A DNA stretch of 64,000 nucleotides. Origin: Bacteroidales bacterium (GTDB lineage Bacteria > Bacteroidota > Bacteroidia > Bacteroidales > UBA1402). Below the pieces are notes generated by a model. The model saw only the letters and a program-made list of their open reading frames with translations. It ran no database searches and was not told where the DNA came from. Both the position numbers and the translations under genes were made by a program. Below, piece by piece: positions 39,432-49,553 of the stretch (its first letter is position 1; every line of letters begins with the position of its first letter). The DNA lies in the NCBI GenBank assembly GCA_045627385.1, contig JAZQNO010000025.1, positions 81,997 to 145,996 on the forward strand. The letters run 5' to 3'.

Positions 39432-41096
39432 ATGAAGTGCAAATTCTTGACCCTGAGCCTGCTGGCTGCTTTGTGCCTGTCGTTCACACCCGCCAAGGAA
39501 CCCGAAAAAATCACGATTTTCACCATAGGCGATTCCACTATGGCCAACAAACCCCTCGAAAAGAATTCCCTGGAACGCGGATGGGGCCAGGCATTGGGCG
39601 CGTATTTCGACAGCCGCTATGTGACGGTCGACAATCATGCCAAAAACGGCCGCAGCAGCCGCAGTTTCAATCTCGAAGGCCTTTGGAAACCCGTTTACGA
39701 AAAAATCAGACCGGGCGATTATGTCTTCATCCAGTTCGGCCACAACGACGAGAAAGCCGGTGAAGACCGCCACACCGATCCTGGCACGACCTACAACGAA
39801 CAGTTGCGCTTCTATGTGCGGCAGACTCGCGAAAAAGGCGGCATCCCAGTCATCTTCACACCGGTGGTCCGCCGCAAATTCGGAGAAGACGGCAAACTGA
39901 ACGAGACGCACGGACTGTATCCGCAGGCCGCACGCGACCTGGCAGCCGAAGAAGGCGTTGTGCTGATCGACATGAATGAGTCCTCCAAGCAGTTGGTGGA
40001 GAGTATGGGCCCTGAAGATTCGAAGAAACTCTTCATGTGGGTGGAGAAGAACACCAATCTGGCCCTTCCCGACGGCCGTGAAGACGATACGCATTTCCGC
40101 GCCCTGGGTGCCCGCAAGATGGCCAATCTGGCGCTGGACGAAATCGAACAGAAGATTCCGGCCTTGAAACCCTATGTCCGCCGTTACGATCTGGTGGTGG
40201 CTCAGGACGGATCGGGCGATTTCATGACGGTGCAGGAGGCGATCGACGCCGTGCCCGACTACCGAAAATCCGGCCGCACGACCATCTATATCCGCAAGGG
40301 TGTCTATCACGAAAAGTTGAATGTGTCCGCCAGCAAGCAGGCAGTGACCTTCATCGGTGAAGATATGGAGCAGACCGTTCTCTGCTACGACGACTACGCG
40401 CCCAAACGCAATGCCTTCGGGGAAAAAATCGGCACTTCGGGCTCTTCGTCCATCTTCATTTACGGCTCCGATTTCCACGCGGAGAATCTGACTTTCCAAA
40501 ATTCCGCCGGTCCGGTGGGGCAGGCCGTCGCCGCCCATATTTCCAGTGACCGCGCCGTCTTCCGCCATTGCCGTTTCCTGGGATTCCAGGATACCTTATA
40601 TACTTTCGGCACAGATTCCAAGCAGTACTACGAAGATTGCTACATAGAGGGAACCGTCGACTTCATTTTCGGATCGTCGACCGCCTATTTCTTCAAATGT
40701 GAAATCCACAGTCTTGGAAAAGGTTGTCTGACAGCCGCTTCCACTCCTCAGGGGAACCATTTCGGCTATGTCTTCGACCAATGCCGGCTGACGGCTGAAA
40801 AGGATGTGTCGGGCGTCGGTTTGGGCCGTCCCTGGCGTCCATACGCTCAGACGGTCTTCATCAACTGCCTGATGGGCGAACACATTTCCAAGACGGCTTG
40901 GGACAATTGGGGCAATCCCGCCAACGAGCAGACGGCTTTCTACGGCGAAGTGGGCACCCGTACTTTGGAAAACAGGAAAATGTCCATCTCAGGCCGCGCT
41001 TCCTGGTCGCACAAGGTGGATGCCAAAAAATACACAATCGAGCAAGTGCTGGCCGATTCGTCCGCTCCCGACTGGTACAAATCCGAACAGTTCTGA
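39432..41096 (+). CDS. fusion protein: SGNH esterase (rhamnogalacturonan acetylesterase-like, CE12) + pectin methylesterase (CE8)
   Basis: It has a signal peptide. The N-terminal half carries FTIGDSTMAN (the GDS block). The C-terminal half carries the pectinesterase blocks GSGDFMTVQEAIDAVP, QAVAAHISSDR, GFQDTLY, DFIFG and LGRPW. Confidence 0.85.
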   Translation: MKCKFLTLSLLAALCLSFTPAKEPEKITIFTIGDSTMANKPLEKNSLERGWGQALGAYFDSRYVTVDNHAKNGRSSRSFNLEGLWKPVYEKIRPGDYVFIQFGHNDEKAGEDRHTDPGTTYNEQLRFYVRQTREKGGIPVIFTPVVRRKFGEDGKLNETHGLYPQAARDLAAEEGVVLIDMNESSKQLVESMGPEDSKKLFMWVEKNTNLALPDGREDDTHFRALGARKMANLALDEIEQKIPALKPYVRRYDLVVAQDGSGDFMTVQEAIDAVPDYRKSGRTTIYIRKGVYHEKLNVSASKQAVTFIGEDMEQTVLCYDDYAPKRNAFGEKIGTSGSSSIFIYGSDFHAENLTFQNSAGPVGQAVAAHISSDRAVFRHCRFLGFQDTLYTFGTDSKQYYEDCYIEGTVDFIFGSSTAYFFKCEIHSLGKGCLTAASTPQGNHFGYVFDQCRLTAEKDVSGVGLGRPWRPYAQTVFINCLMGEHISKTAWDNWGNPANEQTAFYGEVGTRTLENRKMSISGRASWSHKVDAKKYTIEQVLADSSAPDWYKSEQF

Positions 41097-41675
41097 TCAG
41101 TCGTGGGGAAGCCACAGCCGCAGACCGACAGATTCGATTCCGCTCAAGCGGCTGTCGCTCATCCTTTGGATGATGTTGAATGAAATGGGGAGACTTCCAT
41201 TGGACAAGGATGCCTGCAGGCAACTGTCGGCCAGCATGGCCTGAAAGTCAATCGGAAGAGTGAAAGTCTCCGTTTCGAGGCAGGTGAGCGATCCCCAGCC
41301 TTTTCCCGACCAACGGCCATTGTCGCCGGCGGCCATCACGGCAAAATCTTTAGAAAAAGCGTATTGGGATGTGCCTACCCAAGCCTCCAAGCTGAAATGG
41401 AGGTCGCGGTAGGGATAACGGTCGTCATGTCTGATTTTGAGACTGGCTTCCATTTGCTTGAGCCCTTCTTCGAGTCCGCCCGAAAACAGGTCGGCATAGA
41501 GTCTCAGGCTGTCTGAAAATCGGACGGTATCGCTCTTCTGCCACACGGATTCGGGCAACTGACGGTAGCGGTGGTAGCAGGAGCCGTCATAGGAACAAGC
41601 TCCCAATCCGGTGAGGAGAAGGAGAAGACTGGCAATGAAGCCGCATCTGAAACTCTTGGCGGAAGGCAAGCTCAT
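41097..41675 (-). CDS. GldH-like lipoprotein
   Basis: 192 aa starting from the ATG at 41673-41675, 10 nt after the PSP1 stop. It has lipobox LGAC and a DDRYPYRDLHF block resembling GldH. The track ORF (to 42077) is an artefactual 5' extension. Confidence 0.6.
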   Translation of the reverse strand: MSLPSAKSFRCGFIASLLLLLTGLGACSYDGSCYHRYRQLPESVWQKSDTVRFSDSLRLYADLFSGGLEEGLKQMEASLKIRHDDRYPYRDLHFSLEAWVGTSQYAFSKDFAVMAAGDNGRWSGKGWGSLTCLETETFTLPIDFQAMLADSCLQASLSNGSLPISFNIIQRMSDSRLSGIESVGLRLWLPHD

Positions 41676-41685
41676 AGTGGCGGGC

Positions 41686-43092
41686 TTAAGACTCGGACTG
41701 CTCGGAACGGTTCTGTTGCTGGGGATGGCTCTGCTGCTGGGGACGTTCTTTCCGTTCCGGACGGTTCTGCTGCGGCTGCTGTTGCTGCTGCGGACGGTTC
41801 GGCCGTTGCGGGCGGTCTTTCTGGTTGGGCCGGTTCTGCCCCTGCTGGTTTTGCTGCCTCTGCTGATTTTGCTGTCCCTGCTGGTTGGGGCGCTCATTGC
41901 GGGGTTTGCGGTCGTTCCGGTCGTTGCGAGGGTTGCGGTCTCCCTGAGGCTGATTGCCCTGTTGCTGACCCTGTCGTCCCTGCTGTTCGCGAGGACGGTC
42001 GCGCCTGTCGCCGTGATGCTTGTTTCGACGGTTCTTCTGACGGTCGAAACGCGTATAGTCATCGCCCAGAATGTCACCGAAAGCGCTCTGCTCCTTGACG
42101 GTGACCGTACCGGTGAGCAAATCGGGCTTTTCGCCCCGCTGATTCATCTTGATGATCTGCCAGACCCGCTCCAAAGAAATGCTTTGCAGGTTGGCCATCG
42201 TATCCTTCGAGGTCGAATAGGTGATCGTTTTCTTGAAGAGATCGTTCTTGACCGGGAACCAGGTGCCCTCCATCGTCTCCAGGCAGATGTCTTTCGACGG
42301 GAAATTCTTTTGGGCCTCCACATACATGTCGGTCTCGAAGTTCATGCAGCACTTCAGCTTGGCGCATTGGCCGGCCAGTTTCTGAGGATTCAGGCTGAGG
42401 TCCTGATATCGGGCGGCCGAAGTGGAAACCGATACGAAATTGGTCATCCAGGAGGAGCAGCACATCTCCCGTCCGCAAGGACCGATGCCGCCGATGCGGC
42501 CGGCTTCCTGCCGGGCGCCGATCTGCTTCATTTCTATGCGGATGTGGAAAACATCGGCCAGCACCTTGATGAGCTCGCGGAAATCCACGCGCCCGTCGGC
42601 GATATAGTAGAAAATGGCCTTGTTGCCATCGCCCTGATATTCGACGTCACCAATCTTCATATCCAGACCCAGATCCTTGGCAATCTGGCGACTGCGTATC
42701 ATCGTCTCATGCTCCTTGGCCTTGGATTCCTCATATTTTTCCAAATCGACCGGACGCGCTTTCCGGTAGACGCGTTTCACTTCCTGACCGAAACGGTAGC
42801 GCGTCTTCTTCATCTGCTTCAGCACCAGTTGCCCCGTCAGAGTGACCATGCCGATATCGTGGCCGGGAGAGGCTTCCACAGCCACCATGTCGCCCTTCTG
42901 CAACTGCAGTTTGTTGCTGTTCAGATAGTAGCCCTTCCGCGTGTTCTTGAACTGAACCTCCACGAAATCGGTGGCGCTTTGGGCCTCCGGCAGGTCACAG
43001 AGCCAGTCGAAGGTGTTGAGTTTCTTGATGGTCAGACCGCTGCTTCCCTTGATGTTCATCAGAAAGCCGGTCGGGTTGAGCTTATATTTCAT
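41686..43092 (-). CDS. PSP1 (RicT-like) domain protein with long Q/N/R/P-rich C-terminal tail
   Basis: 468 aa with a PSP1 core (GPCGREMCCSSW...CAKLKCC). The last ~118 aa are low complexity. Confidence 0.85.
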   Translation of the reverse strand: MKYKLNPTGFLMNIKGSSGLTIKKLNTFDWLCDLPEAQSATDFVEVQFKNTRKGYYLNSNKLQLQKGDMVAVEASPGHDIGMVTLTGQLVLKQMKKTRYRFGQEVKRVYRKARPVDLEKYEESKAKEHETMIRSRQIAKDLGLDMKIGDVEYQGDGNKAIFYYIADGRVDFRELIKVLADVFHIRIEMKQIGARQEAGRIGGIGPCGREMCCSSWMTNFVSVSTSAARYQDLSLNPQKLAGQCAKLKCCMNFETDMYVEAQKNFPSKDICLETMEGTWFPVKNDLFKKTITYSTSKDTMANLQSISLERVWQIIKMNQRGEKPDLLTGTVTVKEQSAFGDILGDDYTRFDRQKNRRNKHHGDRRDRPREQQGRQGQQQGNQPQGDRNPRNDRNDRKPRNERPNQQGQQNQQRQQNQQGQNRPNQKDRPQRPNRPQQQQQPQQNRPERKERPQQQSHPQQQNRSEQSES

Positions 43093-43133
43093 TGGAATGA
43101 GTCCTTAGGAGAGAATTTGAATGGCAAAGGTAA

Positions 43134-44297
43134 TTATTTTTTGAATAGCAGAATGGCTTTCAGAGCCAAATCGAAGAACACCATTCTGGCGTTGACATTC
43201 TGCTCGATATGCTGTTCGGCCAGTTGGAATTCGTCCAAAAAAGCCTCGACGTTGTTCTGGTTGATGAACGGGAAGAATCGCGAGGAAAACGCCAGCTCTT
43301 CCTGCGTCAGATAGTTGAGTTGCGGCTGACGGGCGTTCATGATGAAATTTTCGCGGATGAGCCGCTGGCTGTAGCCGAAGAACAGTTTCTGCCGTTCGCG
43401 GCCGATTTTGGCCATCTCTTCCGACCAGGCCTTCAAGTCAATCAGACTGTTCTGCTTTTCAACTCTCCGGTTGGGGCCGAAATTGGCGATGGTGTAGGCG
43501 CCTCTCATGCAGCGCACGAACTGGTCGAGGAAAAACCGCTTGTCTTCGTTCGATTCGACGTCCTGAACGGCTTTCAGCCAATTGCCTTCTGACAGACGCG
43601 CAAAGGACGCCGCCTCGCTTGGCGACAACTGAGGATAGCGCCTGCGAAGCTCCACCTGAAGCGAAACTTCGTCGATACCTCTGATTTTCAAGCGCTGGGT
43701 GCGCGAGAGTATGGTGCCGATAATCTGCAGGCTGTTTTCGCTGACCAGAAAGAAGAAAGTGTTCTCCGGCGGCTCCTCCACAATCTTCAGCAACCGGTTG
43801 GCCGCCGTCGGATTCATCTTTTCGGGCAGCCAGACAATCATCACTTTATAGGGCGATTCGTAGCTTTTCAGCCCCAACTGACGGATGATCTCGTTGCCCT
43901 CCTCGGCATAAATTGTCCCTTGGGCATTGGCATTGTCCACCTTGCCCATCCAGTCGTTGAAACTGAAGTAGGGATCGGCCGACAGCATCTGGCGCCAAAG
44001 AGGAAGAAAATCGCTGCAGAGCGACTTCTTGCCCGATTTGCGGTAAATGGGATAGGCGAAATGGACGTCGGGGTGGGAGAAACGGTTGAACTGCTGGCAG
44101 GCCGGACACTGGCCGCAGGCATCGCCGTCGTGCCTGTCCGTGCACATCAGGTAGCGTGCAGCCGCCATGGCCAGCGGCAGTTCGCCTGCGCCGCCCTGTC
44201 CGTCAAACAGCAGTGCGTGAGGTAACTGCCCCGCGTCGATCATTTGGCGCAGGTGGCTCTTGACCTCTTCTTGTCCTATGATGTCCCTGAAATACAT
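43134..44297 (-). CDS. holB: DNA polymerase III subunit delta'
   Basis: 387 aa with an AAA+ clamp-loader N terminus (HALLFDGQGGAG) and the zinc module CGQCPACQQF. Confidence 0.85.
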   Translation of the reverse strand: MYFRDIIGQEEVKSHLRQMIDAGQLPHALLFDGQGGAGELPLAMAAARYLMCTDRHDGDACGQCPACQQFNRFSHPDVHFAYPIYRKSGKKSLCSDFLPLWRQMLSADPYFSFNDWMGKVDNANAQGTIYAEEGNEIIRQLGLKSYESPYKVMIVWLPEKMNPTAANRLLKIVEEPPENTFFFLVSENSLQIIGTILSRTQRLKIRGIDEVSLQVELRRRYPQLSPSEAASFARLSEGNWLKAVQDVESNEDKRFFLDQFVRCMRGAYTIANFGPNRRVEKQNSLIDLKAWSEEMAKIGRERQKLFFGYSQRLIRENFIMNARQPQLNYLTQEELAFSSRFFPFINQNNVEAFLDEFQLAEQHIEQNVNARMVFFDLALKAILLFKK

Positions 44298-44298
44298 A

Positions 44299-45549
44299 TC
44301 AGTTCTGAATGGGGGTTTCCAGCAGCTTTAGGGTCTGCTCTCTGACCAGATTGAAACTGTCTCTATAGGCTTCCTTCAGCGGTACGGCGGCAGGCGATTC
44401 CATCGTGAGCGGATCGATGGGCTGCCCGTTCTTGTAGACGCGGAAATCCAGGTGCGGACCGGTGGAAAGGCCGGTCGAACCCACATAGCCGATCACTTCG
44501 CCCTGCGACACCTGCTTGCCGACGGCCAGCCCCTTGGCAAAGCCGTTCAAATGCATATAGGTGGTGGTATAGGTGCCGTTGTGCTTGATGGTCACATAGT
44601 TGCCGCCTCCGTTCTTCTGGTAGTCCTTCTTGATGACGGTGCCGCTGCCGATGCTCATCACAGGGGTCCCTGTGGGAGCCGCATAGTCGACCCCGTAATG
44701 GGGACGCCTGATGCGCAGCACCGGATGCATGCGGCCCGAACTGAAGCGGGAACTGATGCGGCTGTAGTGCAGCGGCGCCTTCAGGAAGGCCCGGCGCAGA
44801 TTGACGCCGTTTTCGTCGAAATATTCGCGGTAACCGTCCTGGACGAAAGGAATGGCATAATAGTTTTTCCCGTTGTGCCGGAACAGGGCCGCGTGGATTT
44901 CGCCCAGCCCCACGATGACGCTGTCATCCACCAGATATTCGTCGTAAACGACCTGGAAGCTGTCGCCCTTCTGGATGGCGAAAAAGTCGATCTGCCAGGC
45001 ATAGATGTCGGAAAGCGCCCCGGTGAGGCCGATGTTGTCGCCGTTGTCATGCAACGTGGCCCACAAAGAGGATTCGATGGTGCCGTGCGCTTCGGAACGG
45101 ACCGTATCCACTTCTTTCTGAGCTCGATACACCTGCAGACTGTCGCCCAGGTCGAAGATGACGAAATCGGTCAGACTCTCACTGTAGAGAAAATAGCGCA
45201 ACTGGGGGAGACTGTCTTGGGTAAGCAAGGCATAGTACGGACGGTTCACCTTGATGCGACGCACGTCGAACACTGGTTTGGCGATGCGCGCCAGATTGTT
45301 GGAAGTGAGCGTCGGCACACCGTAGCGGCCCAGGACCACCGACAGGCTCCATCCTTCCCGGATGCGGCCTTCGTCCATCTGAAGCGTGTCGGTGCGGATG
45401 CCCAGAAAATATTCTTCCTGAATCTCTTCTGCCGGTTCTTCCGCCGTCTGGCCGTCCTGCGCGTGGCGCAGCCAAGGCAGCAGCAGGGCAAGTCCCGCCG
45501 CCAGCAGCAGACAAACGGCTGGTACATATACTTTTGCAGGTATTTTCAT
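44299..45549 (-). CDS. M23-family metallopeptidase
   Basis: HYGVDYAAPTGTPV and GSTGLSTGPHLDFRV are present. The real start is MKIPAKVY at 45547-45549 with a signal-anchor. The track ORF extends to 45975. Confidence 0.88.
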   Translation of the reverse strand: MKIPAKVYVPAVCLLLAAGLALLLPWLRHAQDGQTAEEPAEEIQEEYFLGIRTDTLQMDEGRIREGWSLSVVLGRYGVPTLTSNNLARIAKPVFDVRRIKVNRPYYALLTQDSLPQLRYFLYSESLTDFVIFDLGDSLQVYRAQKEVDTVRSEAHGTIESSLWATLHDNGDNIGLTGALSDIYAWQIDFFAIQKGDSFQVVYDEYLVDDSVIVGLGEIHAALFRHNGKNYYAIPFVQDGYREYFDENGVNLRRAFLKAPLHYSRISSRFSSGRMHPVLRIRRPHYGVDYAAPTGTPVMSIGSGTVIKKDYQKNGGGNYVTIKHNGTYTTTYMHLNGFAKGLAVGKQVSQGEVIGYVGSTGLSTGPHLDFRVYKNGQPIDPLTMESPAAVPLKEAYRDSFNLVREQTLKLLETPIQN

Positions 45550-45585
45550 CTGATTTTTCTTTGTTAGCAAAAGTAGTAAAATTAT

Positions 45586-45593
45586 TATCTTTG
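45586..45593 (+). promoter_or_regulatory. -7 box TATCTTTG upstream of the 29-codon ORF
   Basis: It matches TAnnTTTG and lies 24 nt upstream of the ATG at 45617. Confidence 0.4.
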
Positions 45594-45616
45594 CACAAGA
45601 ATCAAGTTGAACTGAA

Positions 45617-45706
45617 ATGAGAAAGAAACAAATTGTGCGTCTGCTCTGGCTCCTGGCCGTCGCTCTTGTCGCCGTCGCCTGCGCCACTCCCTGCAATTGC
45701 GGTTGA
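45617..45706 (+). CDS. 29-codon mini-lipoprotein candidate (MRKKQIVRLLWLLAVALVAVACATPCNCG)
   Basis: Hand translation gives a basic N terminus, a hydrophobic core and a lipobox-like AVAC. The predicted mature part is only CATPCNCG. It has its own -7 box and is below the ORF-track length cutoff. Confidence 0.4.
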   Translation: MRKKQIVRLLWLLAVALVAVACATPCNCG

Positions 45707-45793
45707 GAACTTCCTAAATGCATAATAATCAGATAGATTTTGCGTTTATGCAAAAAATGCGTTTGGGAGGGTGCTTTTTTTATAAAAAAGAAG

Positions 45794-45801
45794 TACTTTT
45801 G
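45794..45801 (+). promoter_or_regulatory. -7 box TACTTTTG for gap
   Basis: It matches TAnnTTTG and lies about 74 nt upstream of the gap ATG. Confidence 0.4.
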
Positions 45802-45859
45802 CCGCGTGAAAAAAAGAAAGTCATTAACCACTGGCCGGAGTTTTTGCGAAGGCCTATAA

Positions 45860-46873
<1,014 letters not shown>

Positions 46874-46895
46874 GTCAATCCCTTCTGACAGCATA

Positions 46896-46938
46896 GAAAA
46901 AAGGATGGTCCCCCTTTGGGAGGCCATCCTTTTGTTTT
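46896..46938. terminator. bidirectional terminator between convergent gap and the GH43 gene
   Basis: The hairpin AAGGATGG...CCATCCTT is preceded by A6 and followed by TTTGTTTT. Confidence 0.65.
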
Positions 46939-46968
46939 ATCCGTTCATCCCGGAAACCGGCGATCGTC

Positions 46969-48447
46969 TTACTCCAGTATCCGGTATTGGAAATTCCTGA
47001 AGGTGGCGTAGCCGTCTCCGCTCACGAAGATGGCAGGCAGCACGCTCTGGAACTGGTACAGCGTGTTGTGGGTGTATCCGGACACGTCCATTCCCCAGGT
47101 TTCGCGCTGCCAGTTGACGCCGTCGAGGCTGTAGTAGCCGGTGGTGATGTGGCGGTCGTTGCGCAGCCTGAGCCAGAGGTGTTCGGCTCCGCTTCGTCCG
47201 CAGCGCGAAGCCGTTCCCTTGCGGTAACGGTAACGGCTGAAACGGTCGAATCCGGTGCCCTGGAAGAAAGTGCTGTCATAGTAGCACAGCAGACCGGCCC
47301 GCACATTGCCGTGGAGCTCGATTTCGGCTTCGAATTCGTAGGCCTTCTCTCCCTGGACGAAGAGCAGGGGATAAGAATCGGAAGCGTCGTGTCCGCGGCC
47401 CTGCATCGTTAGCGCACCGTCTTGGAACTCAAGACGTTCCGGTTCGAAACGACGGTAGAATTTCCATTCCAATCCCACTCTGAACTGCGACAGCAGCGCA
47501 TTGTCCACCAAGTGGTGACCAAGTTCGTACCGACGGCTGGAAACGGGCTCGAACCATCCGTCCTTGTTGAGCCTTACCTCTTCAATCAATGTCTGCCGGC
47601 CCAGGTCGGTGTAGCTGTTTTCGTAGGAATGATAGATGCAGTACCATTTGCCGTCAGGACCGTCAATGAGTGAGCCATGCCCCTTCGACCACCAGCGGTC
47701 GGAATCGTAATACGTGTGGATCAGTGGATTGATGGGAGAGTTTTCCCAAGGTCCGTCCAGACTTTTCGAACGCGCCACCACCACCATGTGGCTGGTCGGC
47801 GGTCCTGCGGTACCGCCTTCGGCATTCAGATAATAGTAGTATTCGCCGATTTTGCGCAGCTTGGGACCTTCCAGACACATGCCTTCGGTAATCCAGTCTT
47901 CGGGGATGGGCCATCCGTCATAGATGTGCTCCATCGTGCCGGGGACGACAGACAGGCCGTCGGGCGCCAGCTTCACGCGGTTGCCGCCGCTCATGTACAG
48001 CCAGCGGGTCCCGTCTTCACCCACCACATGACAGGGGTCGATGTTGCCGACGTGGAGGTCGATGGGGTCGCTCCACGGACCGTAGGGCGAGTCGGCCCAG
48101 ACCACGCAGTTGGTGCGTCCGCGGGTGGCCACTGTGAAATAGATGTAGTACTTGTCACCGTAGCGGCAGATGTCGGGCGCCCAGATGCTGCCCAGATAGG
48201 TTTTCAAACCGTAACTGATCGGTTCCCAGTTCTTGAGGTCCGTCGAATGCCAGACGGTCAGGCCGGGCTGGTAGTCGAAGGCCGAATGGGTCATGTAGTA
48301 GTCGTCCCCGTCGCGCATGACGGTAGGGTCGGGGTAGTCGCCGCCCAGCAGCGCTTCCTGACGCTCATTCCCCCGCGGAGGATTTTGCGGGGTGGAACAG
48401 GCACACAGCAGACAGCAGGCGCCCAAAAGAAAATGGAAATGTCTCAT
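46969..48447 (-). CDS. glycoside hydrolase family 43 (beta-xylosidase/arabinofuranosidase-like) with C-terminal lectin-like domain
   Basis: It has the lipoprotein signal LLCAC and GH43 blocks (GGDYPDPTV, WAPDICRYGDKYYIYF). The start is at 48445-48447 (MRHFHF). Confidence 0.82.
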   Translation of the reverse strand: MRHFHFLLGACCLLCACSTPQNPPRGNERQEALLGGDYPDPTVMRDGDDYYMTHSAFDYQPGLTVWHSTDLKNWEPISYGLKTYLGSIWAPDICRYGDKYYIYFTVATRGRTNCVVWADSPYGPWSDPIDLHVGNIDPCHVVGEDGTRWLYMSGGNRVKLAPDGLSVVPGTMEHIYDGWPIPEDWITEGMCLEGPKLRKIGEYYYYLNAEGGTAGPPTSHMVVVARSKSLDGPWENSPINPLIHTYYDSDRWWSKGHGSLIDGPDGKWYCIYHSYENSYTDLGRQTLIEEVRLNKDGWFEPVSSRRYELGHHLVDNALLSQFRVGLEWKFYRRFEPERLEFQDGALTMQGRGHDASDSYPLLFVQGEKAYEFEAEIELHGNVRAGLLCYYDSTFFQGTGFDRFSRYRYRKGTASRCGRSGAEHLWLRLRNDRHITTGYYSLDGVNWQRETWGMDVSGYTHNTLYQFQSVLPAIFVSGDGYATFRNFQYRILE

Positions 48448-48552
48448 AAGTGAAGGATATTCAGACAAGGACAAAATTAATAAGTATGGCGGAAAAACAA
48501 ATCTCGGGTGCCGATAAATAGTTTTGTCGAGGGAATTGAGTATTTTTGTTGC

Positions 48553-49545
48553 ATGATGATTCCGAACATTCCGACCGACTGCAATCTGCTTGTCGTGCTG
48601 GGGCCGACTGCCTGCGGCAAGACCCGCTATGCCGTCGCGTTGTCGAAGGCCCTCGATGAGGCTTGGCGGGCCGGCGAGTTGCCCGTCCCGTCAGGCGTTT
48701 CCGACCCTTCGGCCTGGAAAGCCGAAGAAATGCCGGTGGAAATCATCAGCGCCGATTCCCGTCAGGTCTATAAAGGCATGGATATCGGCACCGGAAAAGA
48801 CCTCTCGGAGTATTTCCTGCCCGAAGGGCGCCAGGTGCCCTGTCATCTGGTGGACATCTGCCAGGCCGGCACCAAATACAATGTCTACGAATACCAGCGT
48901 GACTTTGTGCGCGTTTTCCGGGAAATCCGTTCCAGAGGCCATTTCCCCATCCTGTGCGGCGGCACCGGCCTCTATATCGAAGCCGTTCTCAAAGCCTATC
49001 CCCTGGTGAGCGTGCCCGAGAACCCCGAATTGCGCCAATCCCTGCAGGACAAGACATTGCCCGAGCTGGAAGCCATCTTGGCGGATTACAAGCACCGCCA
49101 TCAGGATGAATTGCATAACCATACAGATACCGACACGCTCAAGCGCGCCCTTCGCGCCATCGAAATAGAAGCGTATTACGAAGACCATGCCGGTGAACTT
49201 CAGCTCGCCGTCGACACCTATCCCGATCTGCATCCCTGCATTCTCGGCCTGGAGGTCGAGCGTGAGCTTCGCCGCGAGCGCATCAGCCGCCGCCTGCGCG
49301 CCCGTCTCGATGAAGGGATGGTCGACGAAGTGCGTGCCCTGCTCGAAGGGGGCATCCCGGCCGAAGACCTTATTTATTACGGCCTCGAATACAAATATCT
49401 GACGCTCTATCTGACCCATGCCCTCACCTATGAAGAAATGGTGAGTCAGTTGGAAACCGCCATCCACCAGTTCGCCAAACGGCAGATGACCTGGTTCCGA
49501 GGCATGGAGCGCCGTGGCACGGTCATACATTGGCTGAAACCTTGA
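48553..49545 (+). CDS. miaA: tRNA dimethylallyltransferase
   Basis: It has the P-loop GPTACGKT and SADSRQVYKGMDIGTGK. The ATG at 48553 is preferred. Confidence 0.9.
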   Translation: MMIPNIPTDCNLLVVLGPTACGKTRYAVALSKALDEAWRAGELPVPSGVSDPSAWKAEEMPVEIISADSRQVYKGMDIGTGKDLSEYFLPEGRQVPCHLVDICQAGTKYNVYEYQRDFVRVFREIRSRGHFPILCGGTGLYIEAVLKAYPLVSVPENPELRQSLQDKTLPELEAILADYKHRHQDELHNHTDTDTLKRALRAIEIEAYYEDHAGELQLAVDTYPDLHPCILGLEVERELRRERISRRLRARLDEGMVDEVRALLEGGIPAEDLIYYGLEYKYLTLYLTHALTYEEMVSQLETAIHQFAKRQMTWFRGMERRGTVIHWLKP

Positions 49546-49553
49546 GAATTCCT

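Noticed and set aside
41611-43314. A 567-aa plus-strand ORF across the PSP1 gene.
   Set aside because: It is antisense to the PSP1 gene and its repetitive tail. The L/R/P-rich translation is a by-product of the CTG/CGG-rich repeat.
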